64,000 nt of DNA, taken from an uncultured virus (IMG/VR IMGVR_UViG_3300027805_000007) (taxonomy: Duplodnaviria > Heunggongvirae > Uroviricota > Caudoviricetes). A program made the position numbers and the translations under genes. Of the stretch, positions 34,217 to 43,620 are shown one piece after another; the first letter of the stretch is position 1, and each line of letters begins with the position of its first letter. The notes beneath the pieces were generated by a model that did no database searches, was not told the origin of the DNA, and saw only the letters and a list, made by a program, of their open reading frames with translations. The DNA lies in the IMG/VR virus record IMGVR_UViG_3300027805_000007; one strand, given 5' to 3'.

Positions 34217-34518
34217 TTATTCTCCATCACCTGTCTGTATTGGGGCCAAGGACCAGATATAAAAGAAATGTATTGGGTTGCTGAAGATATGTAGGCATTG
34301 ATTTTTGGAGAATGAAAGTTCATTTTCATCTCAAAGGCATCAAGTTGATCTTTAAAAGCAGACGCCATCCCTTGTTGAATAGCCTTATATAAATCATTTA
34401 AAAAGTTAGGATTAGCGTAGGCAATATCTAAAAGCACAGGAATATCCTGAAGGGTTACTAACTGGTCTTTCCACTTAGTAATTGGACCAACCGTTGTTTC
34501 AATAATCTCGTAATCCAT
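34213..34518 (-). CDS. Hypothetical protein
   Basis: ATG at 34518, 2 nt after the upstream stop. Confidence 0.7.
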   Translation of the reverse strand: MDYEIIETTVGPITKWKDQLVTLQDIPVLLDIAYANPNFLNDLYKAIQQGMASAFKDQLDAFEMKMNFHSPKINAYISSATQYISFISGPWPQYRQVMENK

Positions 34519-34520
34519 AT

Positions 34521-34673
34521 TTACCATTTTCCTATTGGGCACTTTGACCCTTTGAGTTGTGCTTTTACTTTCATGAAGCAACCACATTCTTTACAAGTAA
34601 AGGTGGGTTTGAATAACCTTGGGCATTCTTTACAGATGTCCAAACGTTCTTCTGCTGTTAGTTGTGTTTCCAT
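34521..34673 (-). CDS. 50-aa Cys-rich protein (ERLDICKECPRL..TCKECGCFMKVK..KCPIGKW), DUF6171-like; absent from the ORF track
   Basis: CxxC..CxxCGC..CPxGKW pattern; tight packing. Confidence 0.8.
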   Translation of the reverse strand: METQLTAEERLDICKECPRLFKPTFTCKECGCFMKVKAQLKGSKCPIGKW

Positions 34674-34675
34674 TT

Positions 34676-35689
34676 TTATCCAAAGTAGTAGAAGTCATCA
34701 ATTCGTGAACCCTGATTACGTGAAGCAGGTGCCAATATAATACCGTGGTTATCCGCTACAAGTGGGCTAACCGCTGTGTGGCTAAACGAAACATTTAAAC
34801 CGTTACGAACACCACTAAGTGTCAACTGGTTTTCGTTAGTTACAACAGACAAAGTATTAATGTAAGTACCGTCAGTTAAGTCAGTACCATGCTCTTGTGT
34901 AGCAACAACAGACACGGTTCCCGCAACCTTTTTGATCAATTTCATTGTGTACGTATACGTAGTGGTGTTGGCAGTAGCAAGAGTTGCAGCGTACGTGTAA
35001 TCAGTTGTAAGGGTTCCATAAACAGGACCGCAACCTGGGGCTTGGTACGTGTACGGAGGGCACCAAAACACTGGATAATAATAACAAAGGTCTCCGTCTT
35101 TATAAGACCCCCCTGAACCAAGACAGTTACCAACACCAGGAACTACGTCTAGATAACAATTCCCATCAGACGCAAGGTAACCATCACATGGCTGGCAGTT
35201 GTCGTTACAGGTACAGTCACCACTAGCGGCGTCAATGGTGTAGTCATAGGCATGGTTGTTTACACAACCATCTCCGTTTGTGTAAAAACGAATGTATTGT
35301 TCAGTTACTGTGTTGTAGCAGGTAGTTCCTGAAAGGTAACCACCTTGAGGGCATGTGTAGTAAGAATAAGAACCAGTAGTCGTAGTGCTGTCACTAACTA
35401 ATGCCCACCAGTTATTGGTGTCTTGCACCCAGAAGGCAACACCAAACCCAGCCTTGTTATCTCCGTTAGTTGCCCGTAAAGACACATTGTATTTTTGAGA
35501 GTCAAAAGTTGCTATTGGGTATAAAGAAGCAGAGGTAGCGGTGTAGGCAGTGTTGGTATCAATTACCCAATCACCCGTAATCTCAGTCCATTCAACATCT
35601 GTAGTGCTAAGGCTAGACGTGTTAGCACGGTTAAATGTTTCTAAGAAAGGGTTTACTGACCTAGACGATTCAACGATTCCTGGAATCAT
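34676..35689 (-). CDS. Virion-associated beta-sandwich protein with a 12-Cys insert
   Basis: ETFNRAN..W..GDW..RIDDF frame with a central YTCPQGG..TTCY...YTYAAT Cys-rich segment. Confidence 0.65.
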   Translation of the reverse strand: MIPGIVESSRSVNPFLETFNRANTSSLSTTDVEWTEITGDWVIDTNTAYTATSASLYPIATFDSQKYNVSLRATNGDNKAGFGVAFWVQDTNNWWALVSDSTTTTGSYSYYTCPQGGYLSGTTCYNTVTEQYIRFYTNGDGCVNNHAYDYTIDAASGDCTCNDNCQPCDGYLASDGNCYLDVVPGVGNCLGSGGSYKDGDLCYYYPVFWCPPYTYQAPGCGPVYGTLTTDYTYAATLATANTTTYTYTMKLIKKVAGTVSVVATQEHGTDLTDGTYINTLSVVTNENQLTLSGVRNGLNVSFSHTAVSPLVADNHGIILAPASRNQGSRIDDFYYFG

Positions 35690-35695
35690 CAGAGG

Positions 35696-36868
35696 CTACG
35701 CAGTCAAGTTGCCGATAAGAACCCACGTGTTGGTACCACGATTAATCAAAGTGGCCCCAGCCCATTGCGCTTTTAGTGTTCTTTTGTTACCTTCTGCACT
35801 CACAGTAACACCTGTGTCACCTTGAATAGTGACACGGTAGGTGTTAGAGGAGGTTTGAAGAAGGTCAATATGATCACCGTCAGCAAAACCAGTTCCTGGA
35901 ACGGTTACGGTAATGTCTGCACTAGTTGCACTTAACTCCACCAACTTACCTACATCAGAAGTAGACACTGTGTAGTTTCCAGTAGTTGTTGAACGAGTAG
36001 AGTTAAAACCTGCACGTGGCGCTCCAGTAGCAAGTTTGGCAACAGTGATGGCACCATCAGCAATCTTTCCAGTCGCCACAGATGTGTTGTCTAATGCAGA
36101 CCCTGGGATGTTTGTAAGAGATGCGCCTGATCCTGAGAAGGTAGTTGCCGTAATAGTTCCTGCTGTAAAGTTACCGCTACCATCACGTTGTACTAAAGCA
36201 TTAGCCGTATTGGCTGAAGCCATTGCTACGTATGTAGCGAGGTTTACCCATGATGAAGCACCAGTCTTTACGTAGATCTGTGATTGACCATTATTTGACG
36301 GGCTAGTCGTGTTTAAATAAACATCTCCAACATTTCCAAGACTGCCTGCTGGTGCACCGCTTGCAGAACGGGTTAGAGAAGTAAGATCAAAAATGCGCTT
36401 ATCTACAAGGAGTTCAGTGGTGTAGGTGGTGTTAAAAGTGTTCTTTACATACACCGCATACAGCGGGATTTGAGTGTCTGGAAGCGTTGGGAATACTGGG
36501 TTTGTACTACTTGCAGTACCTGATACTACGGCGTATTGAAAGGTACCACCGTTGTTATAAGCAACAATTAAATCAAAGCGAGCATCGCTGTTAACCTCAG
36601 CAAGGGGGACGATAACTGTGCCACTAGCGATAGTGCTATACACTCCATCAATGCGAACCTCTGAAGCAGCAAGTACTACGTTGAGATAAGCGGGCGTAGG
36701 GTTACCTGACGCCGTTGTAACAGAGGTATAGCCACCACCACTAAGTACCGCATCACGGCGGTCAGATAATGACGAGAAGTCAAGTGAGTCTGGTTCTGCT
36801 TGATCCAGCGATGCAATGATCCCACCAACTGCATAGTCGGTTGCATTGGGGACTGTAAAACCAGCCAT
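35696..36868 (-). CDS. Fibre-like structural protein
   Basis: ARFDLIV; LVQRDGSGNFTAGTITA; KIADGAITVAKLA repeats; C-terminal TNTWVLIGNL. Confidence 0.7.
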   Translation of the reverse strand: MAGFTVPNATDYAVGGIIASLDQAEPDSLDFSSLSDRRDAVLSGGGYTSVTTASGNPTPAYLNVVLAASEVRIDGVYSTIASGTVIVPLAEVNSDARFDLIVAYNNGGTFQYAVVSGTASSTNPVFPTLPDTQIPLYAVYVKNTFNTTYTTELLVDKRIFDLTSLTRSASGAPAGSLGNVGDVYLNTTSPSNNGQSQIYVKTGASSWVNLATYVAMASANTANALVQRDGSGNFTAGTITATTFSGSGASLTNIPGSALDNTSVATGKIADGAITVAKLATGAPRAGFNSTRSTTTGNYTVSTSDVGKLVELSATSADITVTVPGTGFADGDHIDLLQTSSNTYRVTIQGDTGVTVSAEGNKRTLKAQWAGATLINRGTNTWVLIGNLTA

Positions 36869-36876
36869 TATTTACC

Positions 36877-37113
36877 TCAGAGAGTGTCGTAGATATTTCC
36901 GCTTTTGCGCAAATAATTGTAGAGGTCACGTGGAAGTGTGTAGCGTGAACCATCCTCAAAATTAAATGAATGCTGTCCCCAGAACATCGTCCATGTACCC
37001 TTCACACGGGCACTGATCGTGTCACTGTTAACAACAGTTGGCTGTACTTCTACAGCAGGTGCTTCGTCTGCTTCCACAGGTTCAGCAAAGATATTGGCTT
37101 TTTTTATTGCCAT
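36877..37113 (-). CDS. Small capsid-associated protein
   Basis: AGGAG RBS; directly after the capsid gene. Confidence 0.7.
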   Translation of the reverse strand: MAIKKANIFAEPVEADEAPAVEVQPTVVNSDTISARVKGTWTMFWGQHSFNFEDGSRYTLPRDLYNYLRKSGNIYDTL

Positions 37114-37149
37114 TACATTCTCCTAGTTGTTTGAGTTAATTATGAGATA

Positions 37150-37173
37150 AAGGGCGGGGTTTCCCCCGCCCTT
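37150..37173 (-). terminator. Intrinsic terminator after the major capsid gene
   Basis: 10-bp GC-rich stem with GAAA loop, followed by an A/U-rich tail on the minus strand. Confidence 0.75.
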
Positions 37174-37202
37174 ACACTCTACTTCATTTTTCTTCTAAGA
37201 AA

Positions 37203-38291
37203 TTAGAAGGAGTCGTTGATTGCTCCACCCTTGGTGTTGATCAATACTCGGGATTCGTGTGTAAGAACACCGAAGCCCCAGATTGCGTACCAAGCGAGAC
37301 CATGCTCACGACCGAAGTCAATTACGCCACCGTCACGGAGTTCAACTGGCAGGGCAATTGCCTGACCGAATGCGTTGTCACCGATCATCATTGCGCTGTA
37401 CGAAGTTTCAGTTGGATCCTGGTAACCAGCGGTTCCTGGAGCCAAGTCAACAATGTCCGTACCGCCCTTGAGTACTTGGGTGGTTTCAATGAACACTACG
37501 TCGTAAATACGACCGATTTCACCGAGCATGAAGTTTCCTGGAGCGGCATACTTCGTTACTTCAATGAACTCAGGCCAGTCACGGAGTGAACGTGCCTGTG
37601 CTGGGTGTACGAAGCAAACATAAGTGTCGCCAAGACGTGGGATGTTTTGACCTGCAAGTACTTCAACAGCGTCCTTAATGGTTGCTGGTGAGAGGTAGCC
37701 AGGAGCCGAAGCCGAACCTGCTGCCGAGTACTCGTAAGGAGCAATTGATCCACGGGTTGAACCGTTGGTCTTGCGACCAAAGACTACGTTTGGAGCAACT
37801 GCGGCACCGCCACCGAATGGAACGCCAGTGCTGTACAGCGTGTTGCGTGCCTGAACGTCCATGGACTGTGCCATGTGACGACCGAGCAAGCGGCTGGACG
37901 ATGCCATAACGTCATCAAACGAAGCGTTCAAGAGAAGTTCGGTTACTGCAACCGACTTACCTTGTTCTTTAACGGTGATTTGGATCTGGGAAGCCGAGAG
38001 AGCCGATGGTTCCATGCGGACGCCTTCAACCAATTCTGAACCGTTAGCATCAACCGAAAGGTTGTTGTAACGCATGAAGTTAACAGTGAGACCTGGCATC
38101 ACGCCGAGTTCGGTCTTCTTCACTGCGAACTGTTCAAAACGGAGTACTGGCATTGCTTGGAACAAGATTTCCTTGGACCAGATTTGCTGAATTGCGGGTG
38201 AAAGTGTTGAGTCACTTGAGTAACCAGTGGTCGTAATTGACCCTAGGTTTGCTCCTGTAACCGCACCACCTGTTGGGGCTGGAAAAGCCAT
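37203..38291 (-). CDS. Major capsid protein (HK97 fold, N4 gp56-like)
   Basis: WSKEILFQA, YVCFVHP, GEIGRIYDVVFIET, DFGRE..AWY; AGGAGG RBS; follows the scaffold. Confidence 0.9.
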   Translation of the reverse strand: MAFPAPTGGAVTGANLGSITTTGYSSDSTLSPAIQQIWSKEILFQAMPVLRFEQFAVKKTELGVMPGLTVNFMRYNNLSVDANGSELVEGVRMEPSALSASQIQITVKEQGKSVAVTELLLNASFDDVMASSSRLLGRHMAQSMDVQARNTLYSTGVPFGGGAAVAPNVVFGRKTNGSTRGSIAPYEYSAAGSASAPGYLSPATIKDAVEVLAGQNIPRLGDTYVCFVHPAQARSLRDWPEFIEVTKYAAPGNFMLGEIGRIYDVVFIETTQVLKGGTDIVDLAPGTAGYQDPTETSYSAMMIGDNAFGQAIALPVELRDGGVIDFGREHGLAWYAIWGFGVLTHESRVLINTKGGAINDSF

Positions 38292-38329
38292 GTTCTAATC
38301 CTCCTAAGGATTAATGGTTGTTATAGGTT

Positions 38330-39127
38330 TTAGAACCTACCCCTATTGGGGCGGGCATTAAGTAGCCGATCACGCATTTTCGCATACTGATCCATTGTCA
38401 TGTTACGGATGTCATCCGCATTCAACTGTTGGTATTCCGTCTGAGTTTCCATTGGCCCTACAGAGGGAGCCGTTACTGGCACCCCTCTCAAACGACTTTG
38501 CTGTTGCGCCGTCGCTTGTTGGATTGATTCAATAATAGCAGCACTTCGGTCACGAAGTACACTAATGGATGTTTCAATCTCGTCTTCCGAATTACCAGAC
38601 ACTAGGTCTATTAATTCTGGAATGATCGCTTCTTGTTCCTCTGCCAACCTACGGTTGCGGTAGGACCCAAGTTCTTGAAGACGGCGCTCTTTTTCAATGA
38701 TCGCCTCTTGTGCTTGACGCTGTGCTTCAATCTCGTCAAAGCGGCGCTTGTAGTCTCCGTCAATCTCTTGCAGTTTCTGGTTGAATTCCTCTTCACGCTT
38801 GGCAAGGAGGTCCTTGGCGCTGAGTTCTTCAATCTCCCGTTGACGCAGGATGTCGGCTTCTTTACTAGCACGCTCCTCTGCTTCTTTGCGGGCGGCTTCA
38901 CGCTCTGCGGCGATCTGGCTCATCTGCTCTTCCATAGTCCTTACACGGGTGTCGGCTTCTTCAATCCGCTTGTAGAGTTTGTCTTTCTCCTGCTTGCGGA
39001 TCTGTTCCACGTCATCTTCCGTGAAGATCTTGCTGTTCTTAGTAGCGTTCTCTACAAACTTCTCCACTGCTGGAGCGTCTACAGGAACGGTAATGATGTC
39101 CCCTTCGGGACCTACGTTCTTTGCCAT
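38330..39127 (-). CDS. Scaffolding protein
   Basis: E/K/R-rich coiled coil between portal and capsid; C-terminal IRNMTMDQYAKMR. Confidence 0.8.
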   Translation of the reverse strand: MAKNVGPEGDIITVPVDAPAVEKFVENATKNSKIFTEDDVEQIRKQEKDKLYKRIEEADTRVRTMEEQMSQIAAEREAARKEAEERASKEADILRQREIEELSAKDLLAKREEEFNQKLQEIDGDYKRRFDEIEAQRQAQEAIIEKERRLQELGSYRNRRLAEEQEAIIPELIDLVSGNSEDEIETSISVLRDRSAAIIESIQQATAQQQSRLRGVPVTAPSVGPMETQTEYQQLNADDIRNMTMDQYAKMRDRLLNARPNRGRF

Positions 39128-39178
39128 ATGTCTTATCCTTATAGGTTGTTTGGCGGTTAATAACTGTTTTTCTAAACC

Positions 39179-40876
39179 TTAATTGTCTTCGTCTGGGTTA
39201 CGGCGCTGGGCGAACCTTGCTCCGTATGCCCGTGAAACTAATTTGTTTACTATCTCTTCTTCAATTGGTGGAATACCTCCACCAACACCTGGTAATGGAG
39301 AGTTACCATCACTAGATGATGTTACATTACCACTTCCAGAAGGAGCAGGTGCGGGAGACGCACCCTCTGGTCCTGCAATCATTCCTGTAGCAAGCATGAT
39401 GGCTTGCTGAATCTGTGCGTTCATCATGTCAAGAGCACCTTGGTCCAAGGCGTCATTTTGCAACTCTTCAAAGATTTCAAGCATCTTTTCGTTCGGGAAC
39501 TCTTCGCCCAACAAGGCAAGGGCGCCACGCTTGGACTCAAGACCCAAAGCCATCTTGGCTTGAACTTCATTGAGTTTGATGAGTTGGTCAACAGGCAGTG
39601 GTTCAGGCCAGTGCACCGTTGTTTTGTAAGTGACAGGGTCAGCAGGATCCAACTGTGGGAGTTGATCTGGCTCTGGTTCAGCCGCAAGCAATGGGTTATA
39701 CGACAAATACTCAGGCTGGAAAATAGCAACCGTGCGAATGATGATTTCGTTAATACGCTCAAGACCCTTTGTAAAGTGAATCTTTTTCATCATAAAACGG
39801 TTCATCATTGGCTGATATTGGATAGCCAAAGCAACACCTGAAGTGTTAGATACTGGCTGGAATTGACCAAGAGCAGTCTCAGGCACACCAGTGATTTCGT
39901 GCATGGTGCGCTTCAAGAAAGTGATGTATTCCAAAGCGCCAGCCATCTCACCACGTGATTCAAGGTTGAACACGTTTGCGTCCTTAGGAAGACCAGCCCA
40001 AACCTTTTTAGGACCACGCTCTAGTTGTGAAGCCTTAGCGCCAGTAATAATGGTTACAGGAGCGGCGTGATAGTTAATGATGTCTGAGACTTCAACCATC
40101 TTCTCGTTGAGTTCACGGTTGAGAGGGATGATGTCCCAAATGTCCGACTGACCCCAAGGTGACGAAGAGATTGATGTGTTTGGAATATGTACAACAGGGA
40201 TAGTTCCAAGAACGTTTTCGTATTGGTCAACTAATTCGTCGTTAATAAATTGCTGGACAGTGTCGTCAGTAAGGATCTCAGTAAATGTATAAACTTGACG
40301 AGTTCCTTCTGGTGATGTCCCCCAGAAGCGATACTTAAGTTTAAAACGAATCAAACGGTCACGGTCATGCGGGTGGTACTCAGGGAAACAGTGTGCTGGG
40401 TTTAAAGGAATAACACGCACACGACCTTCATGTGGAATACCTACGCTGTCAACAAATGGTTCTTCGTAAGCAACTTTAACGAACACATCACCAGTTACCG
40501 AAGCAAGTTGACCCATTTCCCAAAGCACATAATGTTTGTTGTTATCTTGATCCCAAACTTTATGGAGCAAGTGTGGGGTGATAGCACCGTTTTGCTCAGG
40601 TACTTTAAACTGAACGCCCTTACCAAAACAGAAGTTGGTGATGTAGTCCGACATGGTACGGACATAGTTCATGTAGAACTGTGACTCGCCCATCTCACGG
40701 CGGTATGACCAGTGGTGACCTAGGTACCACGCCCAAGCCGCAGAATAACGGTTTAGACGTGGTCCATGAACTTCAAACTCTTCGTCTGCAAGTTCAACCA
40801 ATCCAAGCGGAGAGATAGCAACTGTGAGGTCACTTGAAGATGCACGATACGAGGGTGACCAAAAATCAATAGCCAT
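39179..40876 (-). CDS. Portal protein (SPP1 gp6-like)
   Basis: NVLGTIPVVHIPN..GQSDI, SNTSGVALAI; head-gene position. Confidence 0.88.
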   Translation of the reverse strand: MAIDFWSPSYRASSSDLTVAISPLGLVELADEEFEVHGPRLNRYSAAWAWYLGHHWSYRREMGESQFYMNYVRTMSDYITNFCFGKGVQFKVPEQNGAITPHLLHKVWDQDNNKHYVLWEMGQLASVTGDVFVKVAYEEPFVDSVGIPHEGRVRVIPLNPAHCFPEYHPHDRDRLIRFKLKYRFWGTSPEGTRQVYTFTEILTDDTVQQFINDELVDQYENVLGTIPVVHIPNTSISSSPWGQSDIWDIIPLNRELNEKMVEVSDIINYHAAPVTIITGAKASQLERGPKKVWAGLPKDANVFNLESRGEMAGALEYITFLKRTMHEITGVPETALGQFQPVSNTSGVALAIQYQPMMNRFMMKKIHFTKGLERINEIIIRTVAIFQPEYLSYNPLLAAEPEPDQLPQLDPADPVTYKTTVHWPEPLPVDQLIKLNEVQAKMALGLESKRGALALLGEEFPNEKMLEIFEELQNDALDQGALDMMNAQIQQAIMLATGMIAGPEGASPAPAPSGSGNVTSSSDGNSPLPGVGGGIPPIEEEIVNKLVSRAYGARFAQRRNPDEDN

Positions 40877-40915
40877 TAGTTATATCTTTCCACAAAAAAG
40901 GAGGATATGAATATC

Positions 40916-41197
40916 TTACTTCTTTTTTGGAGCGGCTTTCTTTGCTGCGGATTTAACAGGTGCTGGTTCTGCTTTAGCAGGGGCGGCGGCAATTGCTTGT
41001 TCAGCAACCTTGAGAAGCAATGTGGTGTTTGCAGGACCAATTTTGGTTGATACCAGCGAAATACCAGTAGCAACAAAAGGCAACAGCAATGCAACCAATT
41101 CAGTTGAGATGCTGTACTTTGCGGCGGCAAACGTTAGGATACCGAGGGCGGCACCTTTAATAGCGGCATCTGCATGGGCGGTCTTTAATTGACTCAT
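40916..41197 (-). CDS. Small membrane protein with an A/K/P-rich tail
   Basis: Two hydrophobic segments; AAGGAG RBS. Confidence 0.7.
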   Translation of the reverse strand: MSQLKTAHADAAIKGAALGILTFAAAKYSISTELVALLLPFVATGISLVSTKIGPANTTLLLKVAEQAIAAAPAKAEPAPVKSAAKKAAPKKK

Positions 41198-41224
41198 AAG
41201 TCTCCTTGATTAGGTTCAAAGAGA

Positions 41225-41857
41225 TTATACCGTTTTACGGGTTCTAATGCTTTCTTGACCTTGTACGTAGGTTTGGTATGGGGGACCCGTGTAGGGGTCA
41301 AACCGAGCCGCAATATTGAGAGCCTTGAGGGCGCTGGTCTTAGCCTGCTGGGCTGTCCATTTCTTTTTATTCATCATGACTTGTAAAGCACCTAGGGCAT
41401 AGTGGGCACCAGATCCAATAGCGTAGATACCACTGGCTTCAGATGACCACGCATAGTCTCCATCAACCATATAGATAACACCATTGACCACAACAAGAAT
41501 GTTGGATCCCTGCTCGGCAATATGCTCTTTGTTTTCGTTGAGGTCAGGTATTGAGTAACCCTGAGCGTCAAAACATTCACGTAACGCAGGAATGAACTTG
41601 GCAGTAAAGAACTGATCTAGTTTTTTACCTTTTAAGTTTGGTGGAACTGCTGGGGGCTGAAAGACATGATGCAAGATATTGATTGCACGCACATCCCCAG
41701 CCGCACCTAACAAGTACTTTCCGTTAGTGGCAACTTTGCTGGAGCCTTCACGAAGTGTTCCAGTTTGAGCAAGACCATCGGAGAACACGGTGGAGATACG
41801 TGAGTCAACACATACCACAGCAAAGCCGTCACCTTGAATTCCAACAATCGTTGTCAT
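41225..41857 (-). CDS. HslV/proteasome-beta-like Ntn threonine protease
   Basis: MTTIVG N-terminal Thr, DSR, K, GAAG, AIGSGA.YALGAL, D.YTG. Confidence 0.85.
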   Translation of the reverse strand: MTTIVGIQGDGFAVVCVDSRISTVFSDGLAQTGTLREGSSKVATNGKYLLGAAGDVRAINILHHVFQPPAVPPNLKGKKLDQFFTAKFIPALRECFDAQGYSIPDLNENKEHIAEQGSNILVVVNGVIYMVDGDYAWSSEASGIYAIGSGAHYALGALQVMMNKKKWTAQQAKTSALKALNIAARFDPYTGPPYQTYVQGQESIRTRKTV

Positions 41858-43011
41858 TAGTCTGCTTGGTATTCTTTACCTTGGTACATGCCCCAACCGT
41901 TGTAAATTGGAATTACATCGTAAGAGAAACGATGCTGATTATCGTCTTCATAACGAACAATACCCAAGCCTTGTTGCCAATTTTCATGGCGAGTAAGCGG
42001 ACGTCCGTCAAGATCTACCCCACCTTTTGTGCTGGGTATGGCGCCGTCAATCCGAGCAAGACAACCAGGTGAAGCAGCCATGATGGTGCGTGGACCATCA
42101 AAGTCTTCACGTGTTTTAAATGCTGTTTCAATGCGATGAATATGCCCATAGATAACGCTTGTCTTTTCATTGTTGAGATAGATGTGCGCCGTTGATCCTG
42201 AGGACTTAACACGATCGCCGTGGATGATTCGCAGTTTCTCATTGACCCAATAATCTGATGCTGGATAACCTGGCTTGTAAATTACATTGAAGTCATCCAT
42301 ACGACAGAGGTATGGAACACTCAAAACAGGCCATGATTCTGGGGTGTTTCCCTTACGCAAACCATAAGCGGCTGATGCGTTAACTAAAAGATATTTAGGC
42401 ATACGCTCTTCGTGGTTACCAGCAAGCCATACGATTTCTGCATCAGGAGCCGCCGCACGCATTTGTGCACAGAACACTGTTGCACGATCAATTGATGCTT
42501 GCGTTGTCTGTGCATACGCAGGGTATGTCAAGTACTTACCCATCTCAGGGAAGTCAAGGTTGTCACCAACACAAATGACTGTGTCAGGGTTCATCTCTTC
42601 AATGATCTTGAGTGCAACATCAAGTGCCTTCTCATCATGAGTTGGTTCTAATGTGCCATCACGACCACGGTAGTAACCAATCTGAATGTCAGGAACAACA
42701 ACACATATTTTAAACTCAGATGCTTTTTTTACTTTTGCTTTAGGTACTGGCATTTTAATTGCAGGACCTTGTTGTACAACAGGCCACTCTGGACCAGTTT
42801 CCCACTTAGGTGAAAACTGAATTGCGGCGAGATCATGAATATGTGCTTCACCGTCTGAGTCTTTTGACATTGCTTGGTACAACTTGACACGTTTGATGTC
42901 ACCAATTTCGTTGATGTCAATGTTCTTGCTCTCAAGCATTTCAACTAACTTGCCAAGCAACTTAGTCTTATCTTGTGGTGTTGTTGTTAATGCTTTTGCT
43001 AATTCACTCAT
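41857..43011 (-). CDS. Calcineurin-like metallophosphoesterase
   Basis: PDIQ, GDNLD, GNHE, HG, GHIHR, WQQG. Confidence 0.88.
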   Translation of the reverse strand: MSELAKALTTTPQDKTKLLGKLVEMLESKNIDINEIGDIKRVKLYQAMSKDSDGEAHIHDLAAIQFSPKWETGPEWPVVQQGPAIKMPVPKAKVKKASEFKICVVVPDIQIGYYRGRDGTLEPTHDEKALDVALKIIEEMNPDTVICVGDNLDFPEMGKYLTYPAYAQTTQASIDRATVFCAQMRAAAPDAEIVWLAGNHEERMPKYLLVNASAAYGLRKGNTPESWPVLSVPYLCRMDDFNVIYKPGYPASDYWVNEKLRIIHGDRVKSSGSTAHIYLNNEKTSVIYGHIHRIETAFKTREDFDGPRTIMAASPGCLARIDGAIPSTKGGVDLDGRPLTRHENWQQGLGIVRYEDDNQHRFSYDVIPIYNGWGMYQGKEYQAD

Positions 43012-43307
43012 TGTGCGCCTCCTTGGTAACAGCAACACTCTTTGTTGACGTGGCGCTGGATTGTACTAATACTCACGTTGTAACCATGTTGACGCATGAC
43101 CTTAGTAAGCCATGATGCACTGTAGGTTTTGCTTTTTCCTAAACCGTTATCCTCACGAATGAGTCCAATGGCTTGGTCTATGGCGTCCTGTTCTTCAGGA
43201 GTCATTTTCATTTTAGTACGGGTGAACTTACATGTATCAGACGAAGTGTTATCCCTCGGGCTGAGTAGGTCCGCCAGTAAACTTGATTTCTGGTCTTCTT
43301 GTTTCAC
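43008..43307 (-). CDS. Small HTH-like protein
   Basis: WLTKVMRQHGYNVSISTIQRHV..CCC. Confidence 0.65.
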   Translation of the reverse strand: MKQEDQKSSLLADLLSPRDNTSSDTCKFTRTKMKMTPEEQDAIDQAIGLIREDNGLGKSKTYSASWLTKVMRQHGYNVSISTIQRHVNKECCCYQGGAQ

Positions 43308-43381
43308 AAGTTCCTAACCTTTTATAATTCAGGATTACGGTCAGGAACATCCTATCACCCTATTCACGGGTGTGCCTAGCA

Positions 43382-43618
43382 TCACTTCTTGGCGTCTAGG
43401 TGCCAATCAATGTGATTGTCAAGACGCTCAGAAACAGATTGGACTTTGTCGCCCACGTTCTCAACACTACGTCTTACAGTTTTTAAATGAAGCATGACCA
43501 TTCCGTGGTCATTGCGGTTTTCTTTACGAAGTTCTTTTAGTTGTTTAATCCCTGCTCCAATGGCTCCAGCAAGGGTGGTAATGAGAGTGGCAATGATGAG
43601 TGCCCATGCATCTGTCAT
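43382..43618 (-). CDS. Single-TM coiled-coil membrane protein (holin-like)
   Basis: N-terminal TM; RKENRNDH..RLDNHIDWH. Confidence 0.7.
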   Translation of the reverse strand: MTDAWALIIATLITTLAGAIGAGIKQLKELRKENRNDHGMVMLHLKTVRRSVENVGDKVQSVSERLDNHIDWHLDAKK

Positions 43619-43620
43619 GA

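Noticed and set aside
38295..38312. TAATCCT-TAGG-AGGATTA hairpin over the capsid RBS
   Set aside because: The AU-rich 7-bp stem is probably too weak to matter for a highly expressed gene; it cannot be supported without covariation
40876..41130. Alternate-frame 84-aa ORF overlapping the 40916 gene
   Set aside because: No RBS, whereas the 40916-41197 frame has AAGGAG and a plausible membrane protein
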